A stretch of DNA of 63,095 nt, counting the filler, from Chrysochromulina tobinii (lineage: Eukaryota), in assembly GCA_001275005.1 (NCBI GenBank). It is 7 parts of 7 records of this genome, joined end to end, with 100 filler letters (N's around TTAATTAATTAA, not from the genome) between each part and the next. Parts side by side here need not be neighbours in the genome. Positions count along the whole stretch, not along the records: positions 22,743 to 33,271 come from JWZX01000834.1; positions 33,372 to 44,273 come from JWZX01000835.1; 5 more parts are not named here. One strand, given 5' to 3'. A program made the translations under genes and the position numbers. Shown here in pieces: positions 23,174-35,347 of the stretch; positions within the stretch are counted from its first letter, which is position 1, and each line of letters begins with the position of its first letter. The notes below the pieces were generated by a model. It was not told where the DNA came from and searched no databases. It saw only the letters and a program-made list of their open reading frames with translations.

Positions 23174-26170
23174 ATGGGCGCCGTCACACCAAGGATGTGC
23201 TCGTGGTGCTTCGCCTTGCGAGCCTCTCCACACCATCCTGCAATCAAGTGGGGGGAGAAGAGCGACGAGTGCCGGGCGGCGATGGTGGCTTCGCATCTTT
23301 GCGTCGATTGCAAGAACTTCAAACAACTGAACGGTGAAGATGTATCAAGTCAGCTGATGAAGGCAGCCCATTCTAAAGAGATGCAGCGCGAGCAAGTCGC
23401 GCCACAGCCGTCGCTTGCGTCGGCGATTGTTATGGCGCACCTGCCCATGATCAAGGATACGGCAAACTCTGGAACGGTGCCCCAAACAGCGCCCATGGTG
23501 GGCGCAGGTGGCGGCAGCGGGTCAGGCTCTATGCCGAACATTCGCCCATGGCCGGCATCATTACAGCTGAATAAACCAACTGCCTCGACCATGAGCGGCA
23601 CATTGCCTCTCCTGCCTCGCCACGCCGCCAAGAAGCCACGCGTCGTCTCGGGTGTCGTCTCGGACGCTGCCTCGGGGGCCGTCTCGGGTGCCGTTTCGGG
23701 CACGATCACGGGCACGATCACGGCGCAGGAGGAGCCGGAGCTGGTGATGGCAATCTCGGCGCCGATGGCGGAGGAGGTGACGGCAGAGAAGGCGGAGGAG
23801 GTGGTGGTGGTCACGGCGGGGGAGACGGCGGCGGGGGAGGCGATGGCGGAGGCGATGGTGGAGGGGGCGATGGCGGCGGCGGTGAAGGCTGTGGAGCTGG
23901 TGAAGGCAGTCTCGGTGTCGATGGCGGCATCGATGAAGGGGGAGGCGGTGAAGGCGGTGGAGATGGTGGTGGTGACGGCGGGGGAGACGGCGGGGGAGAC
24001 GTCGCTGCCTCTCTATGCCGCGTCCACTCCAATGCCCCTTTCTCGACAAGAGCTGGAAATCGTGCAACGCCATTGCGACGCGGCGAGGGCCCTCAAGCAA
24101 TTGCACGGCGCACCGGACTTTACACACCAAGAGAAGGAGCGCCTCTACGTGCGCGTCTATCCGACCCGCTCCCAAGGCCCTGCAAACGCGATTCCATCCT
24201 GGCGACGATGAAGAGCCTGCCGACGATGGTGGGGACGATTCGGGCCTCAATTCGGCCAGTGATCAGGATCAGGTGGAGCACTACGAGGATGAGGAGGCGA
24301 CGACAATGCCGTCCGGCAGTCTAGCAGACATGGAGCTGCCGCAAGAGGCCGTGAGTGATGTGCGTGGCCAGGCTCCTGATGTCGGGACGAGCCAGGGCCA
24401 TGCTGACAGAGCAGGGGAGGACGGGGTCGATTGGCCTCGCACCAGAGGCGGTCGAGATGGACCAAGGGTCTGAGGAGGCGGAGGTCAAGACGGACAAGGG
24501 AGCCAGCCGTACCGAAGAGGTGGGGGCAAAGCTAACGGCAAAGCGGCCGTGCACGCGCTCCTCGGCTGCTCTTGCGCAGCACGCCGAGGAGCAGCAGCAG
24601 CAGCGCTCCTCCAGGCCTCGAACGCGCAGCCAGCCGCCCCCATTGGAGAAACCACCTCCAAAATTTGCCGTCTTCGAGACCGTCTTCTGCATCGAGGGGA
24701 TCGCGGGCCATAGCCACACGTCAACGAAAAAGGGGGCGATGGTGGTCTCCGTCACCGCAGACAACCTCTACCAGGTAGCCTTCCTGGCGACTGGGCAGGT
24801 TTCCCACAATGTGCGAGAGGTCGACCTCGTCTGTGCGCTCCCCCCATCGTGGACCCCTCCGAGGGCCAAACCTGCCAGGGAAGGACGAGCTGCAAAGGGG
24901 TGCTCGGGCGGCGGCCAAGACGTTCCTGGGGCGTACCGTCGATTGGGACGCTGCCGGGACCCTTACGCCGCGGGAAGCGGCTGAGCCCTGTGCGCCCTGC
25001 CCGGAGAGCGCCACGGCGTGCGGCGGGCACATCCTATTCCCGTCGTGCACCACGGCCAAGGGCAAGGCCCTTGTGCTGCCCATGGGGCCCGATGACTTTA
25101 TCCATTTTCTCGGCACGAAGCTTGGGAGTGAGGGCTCTCCCGTTAGTCTGACCCACGGCACATTGAAGCACCACCCGCTGGAGGATCGTGCGTCAGAGTG
25201 CAAGGCCCACGTCTCGATTGTGGCCCAGCACGACTGCGCTGCGCTGGGCATGACCATCAAGCAGAGCAGCCAGCTCGCCAAGGACGCCCAGCTGCTGGTG
25301 CAGGCCGACGTCAAAGCTCAAGGCAGCTACTGGGACGGCGCCGCCATCATCGAGGTGGAATGGGACGAGGGGTATTGGCCTCTTGGAAACAAGACCAGGC
25401 GGGACAAGGGGCCGATTAGCGATCTCGCATTCGATCCGGGCACCATGGATCTCGTGTGCTCCAGGAAGACGGTCGTCCTGGACAAATCCACGAAGCTGCC
25501 CATCATCCTCTACTCCATGGGGGGTGCCCCCCAGGTGGGGCTCGCCATGCGCAGCCATCTCGAGCCCCTCAACCGGATGCCGCAGGACCGGAAATTCAAC
25601 CTGAGTAGGACCCGCGATGGCCTTGGGACCGAGGCGGGCGGCACGGAGCAGCGCATGAACCAGATTGGCACCCGGCGTTGCGATTTCAACGTGGTGCCCT
25701 CCAAGCGGCCCACGTGCAGACGCGGCAAGCTCGAGGAGCACGTGATCAACACCGACGGGGTCTTGGACCTCTACGCCGACACGTACGACGAGTTCGACTA
25801 CTGGTACAATGAGGAGATGATGCGCATGTTCGGCGAAATGGCCGCGGTGATCTGGGAGGCCATGCCCATCAGCTCAGTCTACGTGGCGGCTCTGCAGCAG
25901 AGGATGGACGAGGAGCGCCGCTGCTTCACGGACCTCGGCATGTACCTGGAGCCCTCGCGGGTGCTGGGGGAGAACATGGGGGTCTCATCGGCCTATTGCG
26001 CCTCTCTGCATAATGACCCGACAGACCTGTTGTTCGTCACGGCTTTTGCCGGAAAGTGTGGCCGAGTCCGGACATGCGGATGTTGTGGCTGTGCCGACCA
26101 CTTGTTCAAGCCGACCCCCAACGCATGGGTGCGTGGTAGGCTGTTTCACGGTGGGGTGGCAAAGCCTTGA
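23174..26170 (+). CDS. Putative multi-exon protein: CxxC..CxxC N-terminus, Tudor/Agenet-like segment and TET/JBP-like 2OG-Fe(II) dioxygenase-like C-terminus
   Basis: Overlapping ORFs 23174/24015/24355/24809; in-frame intron 24351-24414 and possible intron 24833-24878; ENMGVSSAYCASLHNDPTD...LFHGG; the junction near 24150 is unresolved. Confidence 0.4.
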
Positions 26171-26528
26171 GCCGAGGCCAGTGCGTCGTGCGTTGGCGGA
26201 CACACGGGGTGGCTCGTGCGATCATGTGCGTCGCCATAGCAGGCGACCTCGCCACCGATCGGATGCCGACACGGCTGCGAGTGTGTGACCCAGGCTTACG
26301 CCCAACGGCGGTGTGCCCTGTTCCAACCAGACTCATCAGATGAGCCCAGTTCCGGAATAGCCCATAGCATTCAAAGCGGCGATGGCGGACGGGTGCAAAA
26401 CGGCGCTCAGCACGGTGGGGACGCTTAGTCCGTACACGAGGCCGGGACCGCCTGCAAACCCAATGGACGACACATAGAAACGTGAATCAGAACGATCGTG
26501 TGCGCCGAGTGGTCGAGAGTGGCTCTGG

Positions 26529-26790
26529 GCATGTGTTCTGGTTGTGTTTCTGTGCGAAGCGGACTTGGAAATTTAGGAAAACCTAAAACAAAATTTAACT
26601 CTCGAGACTCGACTCTCCACATCGCAGACGAGACAAATCTCCACAAAAGCGAAAAGGTCTCGCCGCGCATGTGTTCTGGTTGTGTTTCTGTGCTAAGGAC
26701 TTGGAAATTAGGAAAACCTCCAAACATTTCACTCTCGATTCTCCACATCGCAGACGAGACAAATCTCCACAAATTAGCGAAAAGGTCGTC
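26529..26790 (+). repeat. Non-coding tandem duplication, about 130-140 bp x2
   Basis: GCATGTGTTCTGGTTGTGTTTCTGTGC...CTCCACATCGCAGACGAGACAAATCTCCACAAA occurs twice. Confidence 0.9.
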
Positions 26791-27042
26791 GGACGTCGCC
26801 GCGCAGGGCCCCGCGCCCGCCACCGTCACGGTGTGAGAGTCACATCAGACTGTGGGGACTGTCGGGAGCCAAAACCCCTGCGGTGTGTGCACTATGTGTG
26901 CACGCGCCGATGTGCTCTCAGGTGGCGCTCTTATCCCTTGATGAAAAACCGCTGCATCAGAGGCATTAAAAGGCAACCGTCAATGCACCGTCCACTCGCT
27001 CGGCCTCTTGATGAAAAGCTGCGCGAGCGTCGTGATGATCGC

Positions 27043-27780
27043 CTCATCGCGCCGCAGGTCGGCGCGTGCGTACGGCGGGCACTGCCGCGCTGGAGGCTGC
27101 GCTGGAGGCAGATCCGGAGCTCGCCGCCGCCCCGCCCACCACGGCGTTCAACGCCCCGCCCACCACGGCGTTCATGGACCCGCCCACCTCGTCGGCGGCG
27201 GTGGCCGCGGTGGGCATTAGTGCGCTCGTCCCGGGCGTGTCAGCATGCCCGATGCCTTCCTTCTTTGCAGCGACGAGGCGGGGACGGAAGTAGGCGGCGT
27301 ACCTGCAATCGAGTGCAATCAGAGGCCATCAGAGGCCATCAGAGGCCATCAAGATGCACTCAGGAGGTGATAGAGGAGGCAATCAGGCGGTCATCAAGAG
27401 GCACTCAGGTGGCGTACTGCGAGAGCAGCACGCCCGCATAGGCAGAGCCCTCGAAGCCTTCCTACGCAACCTTGGAGATCTTGGGGTAGCTCGCGCATGC
27501 ATCCAGGATGAACTCGATGAGAGATGAGCACTCCCCGGCGCACCGGCTGGAGTGCGGAGACGACGGGTGTCGCCTCGAAGAAGAAAGTGAGCGCGCTGGG
27601 CGCAACGTCCTGCGCATTCAAGCTGAGGCGGAGGGCGGCGGGTCCGGGGGCGAGCGAGCCTGGCGAATAGCATCGGACGTGCGCGTCATCGATCAACGTG
27701 GCGGGCACGACGGTGTCATTGAAATGGCATCGGTAAAGGTGGCGCTCACCCGCGCCCAGCCAAGCGCCGCTGCCATTTGA
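27043..27780 (-). pseudogene. Chimeric fragment: IPT/TIG domain piece joined to an unrelated stop-interrupted segment with intron 27303-27417
   Basis: YRCHFNDTVVPATLIDDAHVRCYSP...LRLSLNAQD, then FILDACASYPKISKVA*EGF...SQ|YAAYFRP. Confidence 0.5.
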
Positions 27781-28126
27781 TGGAACACGCTGCCCTTGGC
27801 CTTGGCACCCTAATACGGAATATCTTCATACCAAAATGTTGTTATGAAGTACACATAGCACGTCTGTCGCGTCTGTCGTGTTGACGTTCACATAGTGAAC
27901 TTTAACAGCGGACCTATCGGTACTATCGGGTTACGTTAGGGGGGAGGGTTACTCCCTCCCCCGCTCCCCGCCGATTAACGGCCTGTGTAAAAGCAGGCTG
28001 TGTCGGCCACGCCTCCGTCCATTGCGATAGCGGCCCCTCCGGAGAGCGCGCGCGTTTTTGTGTTTCACAGCAGCAACAGTGAACTTTGACTTCATAACGG
28101 GACAGTGTTGTGACGGCCTCACCACG

Positions 28127-29200
28127 ATGGAGTCCCCTTTCGATCGCCTGGCCGCCGACGAGATCCACCAGATCCTGACGCTAACTGGCATGACGGGGCT
28201 TTGCGTCGTCTTGCCACGCGTGTCGAAGGAGATGAAAGCCCGTGCCGCCGCGGCGCTCTGCAGCATGGAGCACATTGAGATTTCACCATACGATTCTGTT
28301 TGGCATTCTAGCCGCGACGATCATTTCACCTCCTGGTCGTCGGTGGATGAAGGCCGCTGTGTGTCAGCCTCTCAGATCCCATTTCTCGCCTTCGATGAGG
28401 AAAACTTGTGGGCCACTAGCCCCTGGCCGCACTCGAAGGACGCTCTCGAAGCAGCCGCGAAGATGGCCACGTTTGTGGCCAACTTCAAGCTTGTCCTGTC
28501 AAAGACTACGGCGCTGAAATCGCTGTTCTTAGAGGCGAATTTCTATGTTTGGGCTGACGAAGACTGCGAAGGACCCGAGACAGTGCCGCTCCCTGCCTTC
28601 TCGCTTGCGACTGTTGCCTCCACTCTGCGAACGCTCTCGGTCCGCGTCAAGCCCTCATCGCAGACACTGCTCGACATTGTCTCCTCCTGCCATGGGCTGG
28701 AGGAGCTCTCGTGGAGACTCGTGGCACAGCAGCAGTACGAAGGCGACTCGTGTCTGGTCCTGAATGAATCTATGGTTGCCGCACTCAACCACGCGAAGAC
28801 GGCTTGTCCAAACCTCACCAAACTCCCCTTGTTGGACGTGTGGATAGCTCGAGGAGGTCCTGGGGAAGAGGCAATACGCGCCTTATGTGCTTGGAGGCTC
28901 AGCTCAATCGAGGACGTGCGCGCCTTTTTTGCTTTGCTCCGGTCGTGGGCGAACCTCGAGTACGCCGCCATCGACCTGGTGTACTCGGAGATGGTCATCA
29001 CCGAAGCCAAAGCCTTTGCCGGCACACCGGGGGCTTTCAAGGGGGTGCTTTACATCCTGGTGACGGACGTCGACAACACGGATTTCGATCCGGGCGAGTT
29101 CACCTATCAGGATGGGTCTTTGTTATCGGATCAAAGACCGTTTATCGATCTGGTCAACGAGCCGCAGCTCAAGGTGCGCGTCGAGGCGTTGTACTTTTGA
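28127..29200 (+). CDS. F-box-like/LRR-like intronless protein
   Basis: FDRLAADEIHQIL...LPRVSKEMK N-terminus; LKSLFL, LRTLSV, CHGLEELSW, CPNLTKLP LRR-like strands. Confidence 0.6.
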   Translation: MESPFDRLAADEIHQILTLTGMTGLCVVLPRVSKEMKARAAAALCSMEHIEISPYDSVWHSSRDDHFTSWSSVDEGRCVSASQIPFLAFDEENLWATSPWPHSKDALEAAAKMATFVANFKLVLSKTTALKSLFLEANFYVWADEDCEGPETVPLPAFSLATVASTLRTLSVRVKPSSQTLLDIVSSCHGLEELSWRLVAQQQYEGDSCLVLNESMVAALNHAKTACPNLTKLPLLDVWIARGGPGEEAIRALCAWRLSSIEDVRAFFALLRSWANLEYAAIDLVYSEMVITEAKAFAGTPGAFKGVLYILVTDVDNTDFDPGEFTYQDGSLLSDQRPFIDLVNEPQLKVRVEALYF

Positions 29201-29579
29201 ACGAGACCGGTACAGAGAACTCACTGTACTGACAACGCTCATCACGCGGATGCGGTAGTCCCAAGGTACCGGTACCCATCACACGAACCCCCAAGGGTCA
29301 CGAGTCAGGGCGAGGAACGGGTGTGCCGGACCTGCCTGAGAACTGGCGGCGCGTCGCATCTCCGTCTGAGAGTGGGGATGCAGGCCAGCCGCTGAGGCCC
29401 GACGCATCCCCGTCTCAGGATTACGCTGCGTACGGCATCGTGGTCGATTCAAACGTCCTCGGTGGATGAAGTTTGTGCTCTTGAAGAATTGTTTCTCTGA
29501 CACACCCCTGGGCGGCGAGCATCGCCATACAGGAAAATCGAATAGAGCAAGCAGCAAGACACACTCACGCACCGCACGA

Positions 29580-32500
29580 TGCAAGTGAATGTGAAGCGTG
29601 TCGCCCGACGCGCCCGAATGATGCAACGTGGCCGGGACGTGCACCCCAGCCACGATGGACGCCTCGTCCGCGTCGCCGAAGCGGCACACACGCGACGGCG
29701 CCCCTGTCGAGGCCATCCGGAGTTGCACCAGGGTGCCGCCGGTTGTGCTGCCGAGCTGCGGCGTACCGGCGAGCACCGCGGGCAGTGCGCGCAGCGTGTA
29801 TGAGAGCGGCGTGGGAGGGTGGAGCTGCTGCCCGTTCAGAGAGACGCGTACAGGTACGTCGGCGCGCTCGAGGAGAGAGCCCGAGACGACGCGAAGATCG
29901 TTGATCCAGTGCTCGTCAGTGCCCTCGGCGTCGTCCGCGCTGCTCGCGGCGACGGCCAGCTGCCACGAGGGTCGCGGTGCAAAGCCGTTGAGCGGCAGGC
30001 CTTCGAGCACCGTGCGCTCGCCCAACACGACGCTCAGCCCGACGAACTGCTCGTGACGAATCTCGATGGGCATCCACACGTCGTCACGCAGCGCGTGCCC
30101 GAGGGACGTGGACAGGAGGAGGTAGCCGCGACGTACCTCTAGCACGAGGGCGTGGCCGGTGCGCACGCTCACCGCGAGGCCGTTGTGGCCCGAGCCGCGC
30201 GCCGTCGCCGATGGGGCCGTAGTTGAGGCTGATGCCGTCGCCTCCCCCAAGAGCCGAGAGTGCCCCTTGCATCTTCATATCGAATCGCACGCGCCAAAAC
30301 GGGAGCGGCGGAGCGCCCGGGAGCACGCGCAGCAGCAGCGCGCCCGAGTACGGGTAGGGTGTGCCGCTCGGCACGGCGCGCGGGACGAGGCGTAACGCAT
30401 CGCCGCGCAGCGCCGCGAGCCCGTGCAGCGAAGCACGAGCTCATTGAGCCGCGGCGGATCGTCGCAGCGAAGGGTGAGCGACGTGCGAAAGCCGGTGGCA
30501 TCGGCCGAAGGCACGCGGCATCGCAGCACCTCGCCGCCGGGCACGCTCGCGTCGTAGGTGGCAGGCACGACGGCCGCACCAAAGTGGCAGGTGCGGTGGC
30601 CGAGGCCGCCGCCGAGGCCGGTGCCGACGAGGGCGACCTCGAGGCCGCCATCGAGGGTGGCTCCGAGGGGCGTGAGGGCTGGGCAGGGGCGTAGGACGTG
30701 AACGTTTCGAAATCGTAGAACTGCTGACCGTTGAGAGAGAGGCCGAGGGGGATGGCGCCTGGCGCCGTGAGCGGCGGCGAGACACATGCGCCGAGGAAGA
30801 CGGAGGTGGCGGCGACGGTGGCGAGGACAGAGCCGCCGGCCGCGTGGCCGAAGCGGCAGCAGAGCTCGGTGGCGAGCGTGAGGGCGAGGTACGTGAAATT
30901 GGCGCCGTGGTGCGTGTACTGCTCTCCGTTGGGGGCGAGGGCGAGCGAGATCGAGCGAGATTGCTCGTCGGGCCCAAAGACGATCGGAGCGGCCGGCACA
31001 TCGAACGCTCGCGAGTGTCACGAGTGTGCCTTGTGTGACCGAGCACCCACCGCCGCTGTCCATGCACTCGCCGTAGCGGCAGTTGAAGCGCTATCACGCA
31101 AAGTGCGGGTCGAGCGCCGTGCTGCGCGCCACGAGCGCCACGCTGCCACCGCGCAGCCCTTTGCTTGAGGGCACTGGCGGGAGCAGCGTCCCTGTGCGCG
31201 GCATGTATGCAAAGGGCGCGCCCGAGTAAAACTCCTGTCGGTTGAGACTCATTTGAACGAGCACCGCGCCTGAGCCGACGAGGGTGGCGCCGGCGAGGGC
31301 GAGGGCGGCGGGCGGTGCGGTGCAGCGCAGCGCCGCGCCACTGACAAAGGTTGCGTTGACCATGGCGTCGCCAAAGCGGCACACGAGCATGCCATCGGCC
31401 GCGCTCATGGCCACGAAATTGGTGCCGTGCAACGTCACGTTGGTCGCGCCGTCCTCGGGCCCGACTGCGGGGGTCATCGCGCTGACACGTGGCGTGTCAG
31501 CCACCAGATACCGAAAGGCCAGCGGAGCGCCCGTCTGCACGAACTGGACGCCGTTCAGGCTGATGGCCACGTCGACGACTCCCGCACTCGTGGCGGGCGG
31601 CGCGAGGCAGCGCAGCGCGGGCGGCGCGCCGCCGCCAGCGTCCACGACAGTTGCTGGGGCTTCGTGTGGGCCAAAGCGGCAGCGACGGTTGGTACCTCCG
31701 CCGAGGCACTCCCCTTCGGCGGACGGTCGTCGAGTTGCCCACGCCGAGCACCTGATTAGGTAGGCAATCAGGTGCAATCAGCATGCAATCAGCATGCAAT
31801 CGTGTGCAATCATGTGCACTCAGAGGCGCCTCGAGTTGCCCACGCCGAGCACCGGCGTGAGCGCATGCAGCGTAGGCGTCGGGTAGCGCAGGAAGCTCGT
31901 GCCGGGGCCGTAGGTGGCCTGCGGCCCGAGGGCGACGAAGACGCCGATCGAGCCGAGCTGCCACGTAGCCGCCCCGTCGCCGAGCGTGCAGTTGATTTGC
32001 GCGTCGGAGACGTTGGTCACGAGGGTGGCGGGCACGAGGGCCAGGGTGGACCCCTGCTCAAGGTGGCATGCCACGGCCAACCCGAGGTTGAAATTCGCGC
32101 CACGGATCGTGAGGCGCGTGGGGGCACTCATCGGCCCCGAGACGGGCGTGACGCTCGAGACGACGGCGTCGGCGGTGAAGGTGAAGTTGAGGGGGTTGCT
32201 CGTGAGCGCTCCGTGCATGCGTACGCGCACGGGCACGGTCGCGAGCCCGAGGATGAGGGCAGAGCGCAGCCGGAGCCCACTCACGTAACGACCACCCGCG
32301 CGCGCGCCGTGCGCGCCGATGCCCATCTACCACGCCCAGCCTGGGAGCGGAAGAGCGCTCACGAGGACGCGTTCGTCACTCGTGACGCTCAGCTGACCGT
32401 CAGTGACGTTCACAGCGAGGCGCATCCACGTGTCGCGCGCCAGCGCCGTGCCGAGCACCCGGCTGAGCAGTGTCACGTCGGCTAGACGGACCTCGAGCAC

Positions 32501-33271
32501 GAGCGGCGCCGTCCCGAGCACGAGCGGCGAGCCGCCGTCGCTCACGCTCACCGACAAGCCCACGACGGCGCCCTCGCCACCAAACTTGGGTCGGCCTCGA
32601 GCGTCGCGCGGCAGCGGCCCGTAACGGAAGCTCACGCGTGCCTCGTCGTCGCGATGCGCGGGCGCGCCGGGCCTGGGCGCCGCCGTGGGCGCATCGCGAC
32701 GAGGGCAGTAGCAGCAGCCACGAGGCGCTAAAGTCGAGCAATGGAGGAGCTCCAAGGGGAAGGGCTCCGGCTGCCGGGTCGGCGCGTGCAGAGAGGCGCA
32801 CCGCTGTTCGGAGGCGCGTCGCGTTGCCGCCGAGAATCAGCTCGTGGAGCTCGTATGCATAGCCCGAGTGCATTGGGGGAGGCGGCGTGGCCGAGCGAGG
32901 GGCTCTTGCATCGGAGCTCGGTGGAACTCGTGATGGTCGCTGGCATGACGGCGCCGTCCTGTTGTTGAAGTGTCGGCACCTGAGTCCACCTCGAAGGCGG
33001 CGAGCGACGGCACGACGCACGTGAGCGCCGCGGGCGCGCTGGGGGAGGCGAGCGCGACGGTCGCGCTCGCGATGGCAGAGGAGCCGTTGGGCGAAGCGCC
33101 GAGATGGGCGCCGAGAGGGCGGTAGGATGGCGCTGTGTTGGGCGGCGGGGTTGAGGGCGTCGTCTCGAGCGCCGTCTCGAGCGCGGGCACCCGCACGCGC
33201 CCGAAGCGACATTCGTAGTGTGAGCCACCACCGAAGCCGGCGCCGACGAGGGTGAGGTTGATGCCGCCGAC
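29580..33271 (-). pseudogene. Large IPT/TIG-repeat plus L-type lectin-like surface protein, repeatedly frameshifted; 5' end in gap
   Basis: Recurrent PxxGPxxGxTxVTLxGxNF..CRFG..VxAT..LRCxxP..VxxSLNGxQF units spread over changing frames without matching splice sites; one clear intron at 31752-31852. Confidence 0.65.
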
Positions 33272-33475
33272 NNNNNNNNNNNNNNNNNNNNNNNNNNNNN
33301 NNNNNNNNNNNNNNNTTAATTAATTAANNNNNNNNNNNNNNNNNNNNNNNNNNNNNNNNNNNNNNNNNNNNCTCGGACTCGTAAACTTTAAGTTTCGCGA
33401 TTGCGGGTTTCCGACCACGTGTCCAACCGTTCAAACTCCGCGTTATTTTACCGGCACCCATCGCACGTGAATAAC

Positions 33476-35347
33476 ATGGCGAACATCGACACGCGCACCG
33501 GCACGGAAGCGGGTATTCTCAAGGCACATGCCGCAAACCCTGACCCTGACTTCGAAACCTTTGACGAGTTCTCGGAGTTCATTCAAGCAAACTACCGCAC
33601 CATATACATGCCGAAGATGAGCAAGGAGGTCTTCGAGGAGCTCATGGAGGCCAAGAGCCTCGCGGGCTACCACAAGAAGAAGGAGCGCGGCACGTTCCAA
33701 TCCAATATCCTCGACCTCCTTCGCGACGGCGATGACGCCCTCGCGCGATGGATCAAGAAGATGCGTGAGCTGCTGCCGGAGGGCAACTACATCAACGACT
33801 TCATGAACCTGAACTCGGGCCTGTGCGAGGAGAGCGGGTGGCACCGCGACCGACCCACCGAAGGCACCACCATCGCCCCGAACACGGGCCGCGCGATCGC
33901 GTACGTCATGCAGAAGGGCAAGCGCGGCAGCCTGCGGGTGCGCAGTGGCAAGTTCGAGACCGAGATCGTGGTCCCGACGGGCTGCGCCATCTACGCCACC
34001 AACGAGCTGCTTGGGCTGGAGCATTGCCATGGGCTCAACGGCCTTTGCCTCTCCTACGTGCTCGAGTTGTCCGTCCAGGTGATGCCTGTGGAGGCGCCGC
34101 AGGCGGCAAGGGACGCGGCTGGAAGGGCGCAGCAGGCCGAGGAGATCAACTTTGCGGCGCACCTTGAGCCGTGGATGCCAGAGACGTTCTTCCTCGGGGC
34201 CAAGCTCAAGTACGGCTTTGTCGGAATCGGCTCGGTGCGGCGCTGCGCGATGGCGTGGCACCGCGGGCTAAAGATGGGCAAAGGATACCTTCGCGAGCTG
34301 GGCAAGGACGAGGCGCGCCTGCTCGTCAGCGCACTGAGCCCTGAGGACCTAGCCGAAGCGGCGCGCCAGCAGGGCATGCTCACGTGGCGCATTGGGAGCC
34401 TACATCGTGGTTCGAATGAGACACTGATGCATGCGCGCCTGCTGGCGCGTGCGCTCACACTCGAGCAGTACGAGGCGATGCCGGAGCGCGAGCGGCGCCA
34501 GCTGTGCGACCAGCTGTGGGCGCGCGCTGTGGCAGATGCTGCTCTCAGACGTGCTGGCGGCGAGGCGGCGAGGCGGCTGTGGCAGCTGAAGGAGCTGCGC
34601 AAGCGGCCCTCGCTTTCTGCGGCCGAGCTCGAGACGCGCATCGCGCTGGAGGCGGGCGAGGCGGCCGACGAGAAGGCGCAGATGAAGAGAGCGGCAAGGG
34701 GTTACCTCACGGCCGAGGAGGCCATCACCCAAGCTATTGCCGAAAAGCTCACACTGGTGCCTTCGAGCACAGACGCACGCTACAAGGGCGTGCACCGCGC
34801 CCGTACAGGCAGGTATGAGGTGCAGATCACCGAGAACGGCAAGCTGACGTACATTGGCAGCTTTGGGACCGCCGAGCAGGCGGCTCTGGAGTACGCGCGG
34901 CAGCTTGGACCAGAGCGATCGGCGGCGGCGGCGGCGGCGGCAGCGGCAGCGGCAGCGGCCAAGGGCGGTGACCTCACGGCTGAGGAGGCCATCGCCCAAG
35001 CTATTGCCGAAAAGCTCACACTGGTGCCTTCGAGCACAGACACACGCTACAAGGGCGTGCACCGCGCCCGTACAGGCAGGTATGTGGTGCAGATCACCGA
35101 GAACGGCAAGCTGACGTACATTGGCAGCTTTGGGACCGCCGAGCGGGCAGCTCTGGAGTACGCGCGGCGGCTTGGACCAGAGCGTTCGGCGGCGGCGGCG
35201 GCGGCGGCCAGTGGCCATTCGCGCAAGCGCCTTGCTGATATGCCAGCTGCGACGGCGGCCAGTGGCCATTCGCGCAAGCGCCTTGCTGATGTGCCAGCTG
35301 CGACTCGCAGCGGGCGCATCAGAAGTGCACCGTCGTGGCGTGAGTGA
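33476..35347 (+). CDS. 2OG-Fe(II) dioxygenase-like (HxD..H) N-terminal domain plus two AP2/ERF DNA-binding domains
   Basis: GWHRD...GSLRVR..EIVVPTGCAIYA...EHCHG; two near-identical ~267-bp units encoding YKGVHRARTGRYxVQITENGKLTYIGSFGTAExAALEYAR. AP2 call is strong, dioxygenase call is tentative. Confidence 0.75.
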   Translation: MANIDTRTGTEAGILKAHAANPDPDFETFDEFSEFIQANYRTIYMPKMSKEVFEELMEAKSLAGYHKKKERGTFQSNILDLLRDGDDALARWIKKMRELLPEGNYINDFMNLNSGLCEESGWHRDRPTEGTTIAPNTGRAIAYVMQKGKRGSLRVRSGKFETEIVVPTGCAIYATNELLGLEHCHGLNGLCLSYVLELSVQVMPVEAPQAARDAAGRAQQAEEINFAAHLEPWMPETFFLGAKLKYGFVGIGSVRRCAMAWHRGLKMGKGYLRELGKDEARLLVSALSPEDLAEAARQQGMLTWRIGSLHRGSNETLMHARLLARALTLEQYEAMPERERRQLCDQLWARAVADAALRRAGGEAARRLWQLKELRKRPSLSAAELETRIALEAGEAADEKAQMKRAARGYLTAEEAITQAIAEKLTLVPSSTDARYKGVHRARTGRYEVQITENGKLTYIGSFGTAEQAALEYARQLGPERSAAAAAAAAAAAAAKGGDLTAEEAIAQAIAEKLTLVPSSTDTRYKGVHRARTGRYVVQITENGKLTYIGSFGTAERAALEYARRLGPERSAAAAAAASGHSRKRLADMPAATAASGHSRKRLADVPAATRSGRIRSAPSWRE

